The position numbers and the translations under genes are program-made. A model generated the notes under the pieces. That model ran no database searches. It worked only from the letters and a program-made list of their open reading frames with translations, and was not told the origin of the DNA. 32,000 nt of DNA. It comes from Methylophaga frappieri (GTDB taxonomy: Bacteria > Pseudomonadota > Gammaproteobacteria > Nitrosococcales > Methylophagaceae). The DNA is taken from contig NC_017856.1 of NCBI RefSeq assembly GCF_000260965.1, forward strand, positions 1,770,001-1,802,000, written 5' to 3'. Shown here in pieces: positions 25,214-32,000 of this stretch (position 1 is its first letter; each line of letters starts with the position of its first letter).

Positions 25214-26274
25214 TAGTCAAAGCTCCTCATGGCGAGTCCACTGGCAATCATCATCGATGGCGCATCATTACTTAATGCCTGCACTTTGATGCGGGAGGCA
25301 ATAACCATATCTGCAAATGGGTTAGCGACCGAGGTCGGCGTGCCCGTCTCGCCCTCAATTTTCTCGGCAATGCCTTCAATCGAAGCGCATCCCCCGGCGA
25401 GTAAAATATGATCAATGGACTGATACTGACTGGAGGCCGAAAAAAAGAATTGTAACGCCCGGGTAACCGTCATTGTCATTGAGCGTTTAAAGGGTTCTAA
25501 CACTTTGCTTTGATAATCATCAGGCAAACTGGCGGGATCTTTCTTTGCTCGGCCTGCTTCCTGATAAGACATCCCATAGTGACGCTCGATATCTTCTGTG
25601 AGCATTCTGCCGCCAAAAGCTTGTTCACGCGTAAAGACAATTTTGCCATCAACCAAGACATACAGTGTCGTCACTGTTGCTCCCACATCCGCCACAGCAA
25701 TCGTCATTCCTTCGCCTTGCCCCGGTAATTGATTGGCAATGAGTATGAAAGCATTCTCGATAGTATAGGCTTCAACATCAACCAATTTAGGTTTTAAGCC
25801 CGCTTTTTCCAAAACCGCAGTCCGGGCATCGACATTTTCCCGACGCGAGGCGGCGAGTAACACATCAACCGCTTCAGCATCTAGCGCCGAGGTACCCAAT
25901 ACTTCAAAATCTAAACGAATTTCCTCTAAGGGGTAAGGGATGTAATTTTCTGCCTCCAGCATCACACTCTCTTCGAGCTCACGACCACTCAGTGAGGCAG
26001 GGAAAGAGACTACTTTCGTGATTGCCGCATTCGCCGAAACGGCCACAGCAGCTTCTTTGGCTTTGGAATTTGCGCGCTTTATCGCACGTTTGATCGCGCC
26101 CGCCACTTCATCACTATTTTCGATCCGCCCCTCAATCACCGCATTTACCGGCAACGGCTCAACGCCATAAGATTCGACTAAATAGCGATCTCCTTTCTGT
26201 TGCAACTCCAGTATTTTCACTACTGATGAGCTGATGTCTATCCCCAGCAAGGGGGACTTCTTCCTTCCAAACAT
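25213..26274 (-). CDS. pilM: Type IV pilus assembly ATPase-fold protein PilM
   Basis: LLGIDISSSVVKILEL, actin-like fold motifs (VADVGATVTTL, LLAGGCASIEGI); 353 aa. GAGG Shine-Dalgarno sequence 6 nt before the ATG. Confidence 0.92.
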   Translation of the reverse strand: MFGRKKSPLLGIDISSSVVKILELQQKGDRYLVESYGVEPLPVNAVIEGRIENSDEVAGAIKRAIKRANSKAKEAAVAVSANAAITKVVSFPASLSGRELEESVMLEAENYIPYPLEEIRLDFEVLGTSALDAEAVDVLLAASRRENVDARTAVLEKAGLKPKLVDVEAYTIENAFILIANQLPGQGEGMTIAVADVGATVTTLYVLVDGKIVFTREQAFGGRMLTEDIERHYGMSYQEAGRAKKDPASLPDDYQSKVLEPFKRSMTMTVTRALQFFFSASSQYQSIDHILLAGGCASIEGIAEKIEGETGTPTSVANPFADMVIASRIKVQALSNDAPSMMIASGLAMRSFD

Positions 26275-26335
26275 GCCGAGCCTCGATGTCTGACGTTTTA
26301 CCTTATGAGAAAAAGTTAGCTTACCTACTTAAAGT

Positions 26336-26363
26336 AGTTTATTAACAATTAACGAGATGTCAA
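26336..26363 (-). promoter_or_regulatory. Candidate sigma70 promoter for pilMNOPQ in the AT-rich pilM/ponA divergent region
   Basis: The minus strand reads TTGACA (complement of 26358-26363), 16 nt spacer, TAAACT (complement of 26336-26341). For ponA, the plus strand has weaker candidates (CTGATT-17-TATACT ending at 26428). Confidence 0.4.
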
Positions 26364-26463
26364 TAAAAAAACTCAATTAACAACACGTTAGCCGTGACAC
26401 TGATTTTCTGCCGCTGTTTAGATATACTTTAATACACTATTTTTTGCGATCTCATTATATTTC

Positions 26464-28893
26464 ATGCCTCGATTCCTGCTTCGCCTGCTGCAAAGCCTGT
26501 TTGCACTGGCCATTATCGGTATGCTCAGCCTTGCCGCCGTTTATTATTTTCTGGCGCCCAAGCTGCCGGATACTGCCTCACTCCGCGAAGTTCGGCTGCA
26601 AATTCCACTGCGTATTTACAGTAGTGAAGGCTTGATGATCGCAGAGTTTGGCGAAAAAAGGCGTATTCCCGCGGGATATGATGCGATTCCGGGAACATTA
26701 ATAGAAGCCTTTTTGGCTGCCGAAGATGATCGGTTTTTTGAGCATCCCGGCGTAGATTATCAAGGTATCCTCCGTGCAGCCTACAGTTTACTGGTAACCG
26801 GTGAAAAAACCCAAGGTGGCAGCACCATTACCATGCAGGTTGCGCGTAACTTCTTTCTAAGTCGTGAAAAAACGTATTTACGTAAACTCAATGAGATTAT
26901 TCTGGCGTTAAAAATTGAACAAACACTAAGCAAGGAAGAAATCCTGGCTTTGTATCTCAATAAAATTTATCTCGGTAGCCGCGCCTACGGGGTTGGTGCT
27001 GCTGCCGAAGTTTATTACGGGAAAGCGCTATCTGAACTAACGCTAGCTGAAATGGCCATGATTGCTGGTTTGCCGAAAGCCCCATCAGCTTCAAACCCGA
27101 TAGCCAATCCAGAGCGAGCCTTGCAACGTCGAAATTATGTTTTGAGCCGCATGCTAAGCGTTGGATTCATTGATAAAGCAGCCTATCAAGCAGCGGTTGC
27201 CGAGCCAGTATCAGCCCGATATCACAATCGTGACGTCGAGGTTTATGCGCCTTATGTTGCCGAAATGATTCGCACCACGCTTTTTGAAACCTATGGCGAG
27301 CAACTTTACACTGATGGCATCAAGGTTCACACGACCATTAATAAGGTTCATCAACAAGCGGCGACAAGCGCATTACAAGAAGCATTATCGGCTTATGACC
27401 GCCGTCATGGCTATCGCGGTGCGATCCAACAATTAGAGTGGAGTAGCCTCCCGGATGCCGAACAGGCTGAATCATTATTAGATCCCTTTCAAGCTATTGG
27501 CGGGCTGCAACCCGCATTAGTACTCAGCCTCAATGAGGCGGACACACTTGCAGACGTTTATATTCGTCGCACCGGTAACGCCAGCCTGACATTTGATGCG
27601 GTAAGCTGGGCACAACCGAAAATCAGTACCAACCGGCTTGGCAAAAAACCAAAAAAACTCAGTGAGGTTATTACCGCCGGTGATGTCATCTATCTCAAGC
27701 AAAACCAAGATAATGACTGGCAGCTGGCGCAAATACCAGAAGCGGAAGCAGCAATGGTTGCCTTATCACCTTATGATGGCGGCATCACTGCACTGCAGGG
27801 GGGATTTGATTTTTTTCATAACAAATTTAATCGCGTGACCCAGACCAAACGTCAACCGGGCTCAGGATTTAAACCCATTATTTACTCCGCTGCACTTGAA
27901 CGCGGTTATACCGCAGCGAGTATCATCAATGACGCACCCGTGGTATTTGATGATGTCGGCTTGGAAAATGTCTGGCGGCCGGAAAATTACAGTGGCCAAT
28001 TTTACGGTCCAACGCGATTACGCGAGGCACTGACCCATTCTCGCAATCTGGTTTCAATTCGTCTGATGCGTGATATTGGTATTAATTACGTTGTTGATTA
28101 TGCTAAACAATTTGGCTTTGACCCCGACCAATTGCCACGTAATTTATCGCTGGCACTTGGCAGCGGGAGTGCTGCGCCGATCGATATGGCTCGTGCCTAT
28201 GCTGTGTTTGCCAATGGGGGATATTTAATTGAGCCGTATCTGATAAAGCGTGTTGAAGATAGTGATGGCAACATTTTACAGCAGGCCGAACCGGCTACTG
28301 TCTGCGAAACCTGCATAACACCCATTGAGGCGCCAGAGCAGGTTGATGCGGATCCAGAGCAGCAATTGGTTCAACAATGGATGGGGTTTAAACCGGCGCC
28401 GCGCATTATTAGTGCACAGAATGCCTATCTAATGAGTAGTATGCTACGCGATGTCGTCAAGTTTGGCACTGGCCGCCAAGCACTTACACTGGGACGTAAT
28501 GATTTAGCCGGAAAAACGGGGACCACAAATGACCAGGTGGATGCCTGGTTCAATGGTTTCACCCCAGAATTAGTTGCTGTTAGTTGGGTGGGTTTTGATA
28601 CACCACGGTCGTTGGGGCACTTTGAAACTGGTGGCCGAGCCGCCCTGCCGATGTGGATTGACTTTATGCGGGAAGCCCTCGCCAATGTCCCGGAAGAACC
28701 CTTTCGCCCGCCTGTCGATATGGTAACCGTTCGCATTGATCCTGAAACGGGATTATTGGCAAGGCCCGGTAGTGATGATGGTCTATTTGAAACTTTCCGC
28801 ACGGGAGAAGTTCCGCAAACCAGCAGCCAACGCTCCACCAATGAAACTGGCGAATCAGAGCAGACCGATGATGCGTTGATTGAGTTATTTTAA
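26464..28893 (+). CDS. mrcA: Penicillin-binding protein 1A (bifunctional glycosyltransferase/transpeptidase)
   Basis: GT51 motifs EDDRFFEHPGVD, GGSTITMQ, RKLNEIILALKIE. Transpeptidase motifs SGFKP (SxxK), SRN, KTGTT. N-terminal TM anchor. 809 aa. Divergent from pilM, as in many gammaproteobacteria. Confidence 0.93.
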   Translation: MPRFLLRLLQSLFALAIIGMLSLAAVYYFLAPKLPDTASLREVRLQIPLRIYSSEGLMIAEFGEKRRIPAGYDAIPGTLIEAFLAAEDDRFFEHPGVDYQGILRAAYSLLVTGEKTQGGSTITMQVARNFFLSREKTYLRKLNEIILALKIEQTLSKEEILALYLNKIYLGSRAYGVGAAAEVYYGKALSELTLAEMAMIAGLPKAPSASNPIANPERALQRRNYVLSRMLSVGFIDKAAYQAAVAEPVSARYHNRDVEVYAPYVAEMIRTTLFETYGEQLYTDGIKVHTTINKVHQQAATSALQEALSAYDRRHGYRGAIQQLEWSSLPDAEQAESLLDPFQAIGGLQPALVLSLNEADTLADVYIRRTGNASLTFDAVSWAQPKISTNRLGKKPKKLSEVITAGDVIYLKQNQDNDWQLAQIPEAEAAMVALSPYDGGITALQGGFDFFHNKFNRVTQTKRQPGSGFKPIIYSAALERGYTAASIINDAPVVFDDVGLENVWRPENYSGQFYGPTRLREALTHSRNLVSIRLMRDIGINYVVDYAKQFGFDPDQLPRNLSLALGSGSAAPIDMARAYAVFANGGYLIEPYLIKRVEDSDGNILQQAEPATVCETCITPIEAPEQVDADPEQQLVQQWMGFKPAPRIISAQNAYLMSSMLRDVVKFGTGRQALTLGRNDLAGKTGTTNDQVDAWFNGFTPELVAVSWVGFDTPRSLGHFETGGRAALPMWIDFMREALANVPEEPFRPPVDMVTVRIDPETGLLARPGSDDGLFETFRTGEVPQTSSQRSTNETGESEQTDDALIELF

Positions 28894-28895
28894 AA

Positions 28896-30407
28896 TCAGC
28901 GAACGCGCTTTTTTAATTGGCCGGCTTGTAATTCGCCACCCGGAAAATCGCCATTAAGTAATTGCAATTGTTCCAGTGGACTGTTGGTAATTCGGCTTTG
29001 CGCCGCCCAGCGCGCATAACTGTCGTTTGAGCTGACTTTAACGACTTCGATTCGTTGTGCTTTCGCCAATTCGCGCTCATCCGGCCGCAACGCATGCAGG
29101 CTTGATGCCGTCTCCAAAATCAAGCGGTCAAACTCGGCAAACTGCTGATCCTGCTTGGCACCGCCAATAAAAACGAATGCCTGATTATTCAAATAGACCA
29201 CCGCAACACGGAGCAATTTACCCTGTTGCTGAGTGACGCCGGTATAGCCTTGCAAGCCATGATTATTGAGTGGCTGACCATTTCGAAGCGTTGAAATACC
29301 TAGTCTTTCTCGGATAAAGGTTGCCGGATCTTGGCGACGGTTAATATCACTTGCCCCAATTTCTAGGAAAGCACGCCCTTCTGGTGCCATCGCCTGTAAG
29401 CTGCTTGGATTGTTTTGAACAAACCAGTTTTCCGGAAAACGTAAGGCAAATTGCATGTCGGCGTGATAGAAATCCCGTCCTGAGCGAATACCCTGAGATT
29501 CGCTATCACCAAACACCATGCCATCAATTCGTGACAAATAAGCTTGTTCACCCACTTCACCACGAGGCCCATTCAAATACTGGTCAGCCGAGTTCACCAC
29601 TTCACGCAAACGCGTGTCATTATCAGGATGTGACGCAAACAGGCCATGATAGCCCTGATAATCCTGTCCTTGCTTTTTGGCCTGTGCTTCAGCAAAAACA
29701 GATTGATCCTTAAGCACCCCAATCACTTCAAGCATTGCTTGCGGATCATAGTTACTTTTAGCCAGATATTCTGCGCCAAGCCGATCTGACTCAAGCTCAT
29801 GTTCGCGACCATAGCCACTCAATAATGCTCCACCCAGCATATTGAACGCATTTTGGGCACCCGCAGTACGTAATTCAGGCAACAACAAGGCACCAACGGT
29901 ATATCCTAGATTCGCTGCCTGAGAAGCACTTTGTTGACGCACACCATGTCGTGCCGTCACATGACCCACCTCATGACCCAGCACCGCTGCCAACTCCGCT
30001 TCAGAATTCAGGTAAGCCATCAGGCCGCGGGTAATGTAGATATAGCCGCCAGGCAGCGCAAACGCATTAACGACAGGGGAGTCTAGCACTGTAAAACGGT
30101 AAACCAGCTCCTGCCGATGACTGATATTGGCGACTCGTTCGCCGACCTGTTGCACGTAGGTCTGTAGGGCCTCATCTTCATAGCGCCCATATTGCGACAT
30201 AATCTGCGGATGATATTCCCGGCCAAGTTGAAGCTCCTTGTCCTCACTGAACATCACAAAGTTCTGTTCGCCAGTCACTGGATTTTTCGCGCAGCCGGCT
30301 AGGCCCAAAAACAACAAAGCCCCCGCTAAGCAGCAGAGGCTTTGTAATTTCTGTTTCGGCAAGCTAAGCAACAAGGTGCTTTGATAGATGGCTAACATAT
30401 CGGGCAT
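28896..30407 (-). CDS. M48-family zinc metallopeptidase lipoprotein with a C-terminal LysM-like segment
   Basis: HExxH in LGHEVGHVTARH, lipobox LGLAGC. The C-terminal ~45 aa are LysM-like (…SYARWAAQSRITNSPLEQLQLLNG…LQAGQLKK). The start may instead be the ATG at 30398, since the G-rich Shine-Dalgarno-like run sits about 10 nt before it. Confidence 0.8.
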   Translation of the reverse strand: MPDMLAIYQSTLLLSLPKQKLQSLCCLAGALLFLGLAGCAKNPVTGEQNFVMFSEDKELQLGREYHPQIMSQYGRYEDEALQTYVQQVGERVANISHRQELVYRFTVLDSPVVNAFALPGGYIYITRGLMAYLNSEAELAAVLGHEVGHVTARHGVRQQSASQAANLGYTVGALLLPELRTAGAQNAFNMLGGALLSGYGREHELESDRLGAEYLAKSNYDPQAMLEVIGVLKDQSVFAEAQAKKQGQDYQGYHGLFASHPDNDTRLREVVNSADQYLNGPRGEVGEQAYLSRIDGMVFGDSESQGIRSGRDFYHADMQFALRFPENWFVQNNPSSLQAMAPEGRAFLEIGASDINRRQDPATFIRERLGISTLRNGQPLNNHGLQGYTGVTQQQGKLLRVAVVYLNNQAFVFIGGAKQDQQFAEFDRLILETASSLHALRPDERELAKAQRIEVVKVSSNDSYARWAAQSRITNSPLEQLQLLNGDFPGGELQAGQLKKRVR

Positions 30408-30418
30408 GCCCCCCGAGT

Positions 30419-30619
30419 TTATTTTCCGTATTTTTGACGGAATTTATCAACACGACCCGCGCTATCCAGCATTTTTTGCTTACCCGTGTAGAATGGATGA
30501 CAATCTGAACAAACGTCCAGAGTTAAGTCACCGCCACGGGTTGAACGGGTTTTAAATGTGCTGCCACAGCTGCAAGTGACATTGATTTCGCTATATTCTG
30601 GGTGGATATCCGCTTTCAT
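30419..30619 (-). CDS. rpmE: 50S ribosomal protein L31 (bL31), zinc-ribbon (C+) form
   Basis: MKADIHPEY...VTCSCG...[15 protein letters not shown]...[10 protein letters not shown]. The real start is the ATG at 30619; the ORF-track start at 30658 adds 13 non-homologous residues. Confidence 0.93.
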   Translation of the reverse strand: MKADIHPEYSEINVTCSCGSTFKTRSTRGGDLTLDVCSDCHPFYTGKQKMLDSAGRVDKFRQKYGK

Positions 30620-30684
30620 TTTAATACTCGTAAATAGGTGGTTTGCTAAAAACGCCAAGCGTTTTCCTGTCTCTGAACCGCATT

Positions 30685-30713
30685 ATTCTACTGATCAACA
30701 GCACCGCCAGCAA
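30685..30713 (-). promoter_or_regulatory. Candidate sigma70 promoter for rpmE
   Basis: The minus strand reads TTGCTG (complement of 30708-30713), 17 nt spacer, TAGAAT (complement of 30685-30690). This would give a leader of about 60 nt. Confidence 0.35.
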
Positions 30714-30728
30714 GTTTTAATTTTTTGT

Positions 30729-31322
30729 TCACACTGCATTACCATCACGCGTCTGCCCGATAAACATCGCAACATTGCGTTTACCACACTGTGTATCTCC
30801 GAGCGTTCCCAATTCCTGATAGTAACGCAACCGCAGCGATTGAAACAGCCTTAACAATTCATTTTCGCGTAATAAATAATCCGGGTTGCGCGGACCGATT
30901 TCATCAACCCGCTGCTGACACCAGGTTTGATAAAACAGCAAACCTCCCGGAGCCAATGCCTCAGTAATGACTGGACACAGCGTCCGCTGCAAGAAATGAC
31001 TGACGACTATCACATCGTAGCGCACGGATTGTTTTAGCCAAGTTGATGCCTCAGCGAGGTATGCCCTCACTGGCAAACCCGCCGCCTCTGCACGATGTTG
31101 TAATTGCTGAATCACAACTGAGGAGATATCGACTGCATCAACCGTCAAACCTTGTCTGGCAAGCAGTTCGGCATTACCGCCTCGACCACAAGCGAGATCC
31201 AGCGCCAGGCCCCTATCGGGTAGCAAATACAGATTATCTGCGAGTACCGTCGCGGCGCCGAATTTTAGGTCATCTGCCTCATCGCGATATCGCCGATTCC
31301 ATTTGTCGGCCTGATCGATCAT
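30729..31322 (-). CDS. Class I SAM-dependent methyltransferase (small, TehB-like size); substrate unknown
   Basis: Motif I LDLACGRGGNAELLA, N-terminal W..RY. 197 aa. Only 4 nt downstream of trkH, so probably co-transcribed. Confidence 0.7.
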   Translation of the reverse strand: MIDQADKWNRRYRDEADDLKFGAATVLADNLYLLPDRGLALDLACGRGGNAELLARQGLTVDAVDISSVVIQQLQHRAEAAGLPVRAYLAEASTWLKQSVRYDVIVVSHFLQRTLCPVITEALAPGGLLFYQTWCQQRVDEIGPRNPDYLLRENELLRLFQSLRLRYYQELGTLGDTQCGKRNVAMFIGQTRDGNAV

Positions 31323-31326
31323 CCAA

Positions 31327-32000
31327 TTAACGCCGCCAAAAAGCCGGTGTTAACAATACCAATAAGGTGAAAATCTCCAACCGCCCCAATAACATGGCGA
31401 CACACAATATCCATTTGGAGGTATCGTTTATCGTGCCAAAATTAGCGGATACATCGCCCAACCCCGGGCCCAGATTATTCAAACAGGCGGTTACTGCGGA
31501 GAAGGCCGTAACCACATCCAATCCAGTCGACATTAAGGCCAGATGCATAATGGTGAAACAAAAAACATACAGGGCAAAAAACCCCCACACTGCACCAACC
31601 ACTTTTGCTGGCAAGGCTTTTCCATTTACCCGTATGGCAAACACACCATTCGGGTGAATAAGCCGTAGTACTTCCCGGTAACCCTGTTTAAATAACAGCA
31701 TGACCCGGATCACTTTCATCCCCCCCGCAGTCGAAAAGGCACAACCGCCGATGTAACTGCAAAATAGCAGCAAGATGGGCAAAAAACCTGGCCAATAAGC
31801 AAAATCTGCCGTTGCAAACCCAGCCGTCGTGCCTATGGATACCGTCTGAAAAATCGCTTGCCTGGCTGTTAAACCAATACCTTCGACCGTTGCAGTTAAC
31901 ATTAGGTAGGCAAACGTGACCAGCGATACAACAAGCATAATGCCGAAAAAGACGCGGAGCTCGGAATCTTGCCAATAGTGCTTAACACTGCGACCGCGCC
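31327..32000 (-). CDS. trkH: Trk-type K+ uptake protein TrkH, C-terminal part; the 5' end is outside the window
   Basis: STAGGMKVIRV, and a C-terminus FGTINDTSKWILCVAMLLGRLEIFTLLVLLTPAFWRR that closely resembles the E. coli TrkH C-terminus (from memory). The frame stays open from 31938 to the window edge (…RGRSVKHYWQDSELRVFFGI-M…). Confidence 0.88.
   Translation of the reverse strand, partial: RGRSVKHYWQDSELRVFFGIMLVVSLVTFAYLMLTATVEGIGLTARQAIFQTVSIGTTAGFATADFAYWPGFLPILLLFCSYIGGCAFSTAGGMKVIRVMLLFKQGYREVLRLIHPNGVFAIRVNGKALPAKVVGAVWGFFALYVFCFTIMHLALMSTGLDVVTAFSAVTACLNNLGPGLGDVSANFGTINDTSKWILCVAMLLGRLEIFTLLVLLTPAFWRR

Noticed and set aside
28897-28916. AGCG-aacg-CGCT + T6 considered as a ponA terminator
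   Set aside because: The stem is only 4 bp and lies inside the convergent coding region, too weak to annotate as a terminator. It is mentioned only in the finding on the tail-to-tail junction.
1-32000. Looked for CRISPR arrays, tRNA/rRNA genes, IS elements, phage genes, sigma54 (TGGCAC-N5-TTGC) promoters and long intergenic repeats
   Set aside because: None were found. The longest intergenic gap is 189 bp (pilM/ponA). The only repeated DNA I could see is the in-frame motif array in chpA. The TGGCAC occurrences are intragenic and lack the downstream TTGC.

Overview
The window looks like gammaproteobacterial chromosome from a methylotroph or methanotroph; that call rests on gene content only, not on any database search. 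It is densely packed, with about 26 intact genes, no mobile elements, no CRISPR array and no RNA genes that I can see.

Left to right:
- The 3' two-thirds of a giant ChpA/PilL-type multi-Hpt CheA-CheY hybrid kinase (type IV pilus chemosensory system), followed by a CheW-like gene.
- slt and cca.
- A tetrahydromethanopterin (H4MPT) and methylofuran-linked C1 island: mch, a RimK-type ligase, a CitG-like gene and fae. A HisA-like gene lies on the opposite strand. Then comes a translationally coupled operon of ATP-grasp, hydantoinase-like, pabB, small amino-acid-kinase-fold kinase and PLP decarboxylase genes.
- On the minus strand: pilMNOPQ, a terminator, aroK, aroB and an AAA+/SPOR DamX-position gene.
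- ponA (PBP1A), an M48 lipoprotein peptidase, rpmE, a SAM methyltransferase and the 3' part of trkH.

I found no convincing wholly new system such as a defence or toxin module. The most under-described biology is:
- The cofactor-biosynthesis genes of the C1 island. I infer that four of them correspond to archaeal MfnD/F/E/A, and the role of the CitG-like and HisA-like genes is unknown.
- A short peptide motif, LTGVERYL, repeated six times in ChpA linkers.
- An ExeA-like AAA+/TM/SPOR protein next to the pilQ secretin operon.
- An unusual 21-bp divergent junction whose candidate promoters lie inside each other's coding regions.

Every family call comes from motifs read by eye and needs profile searches to confirm.
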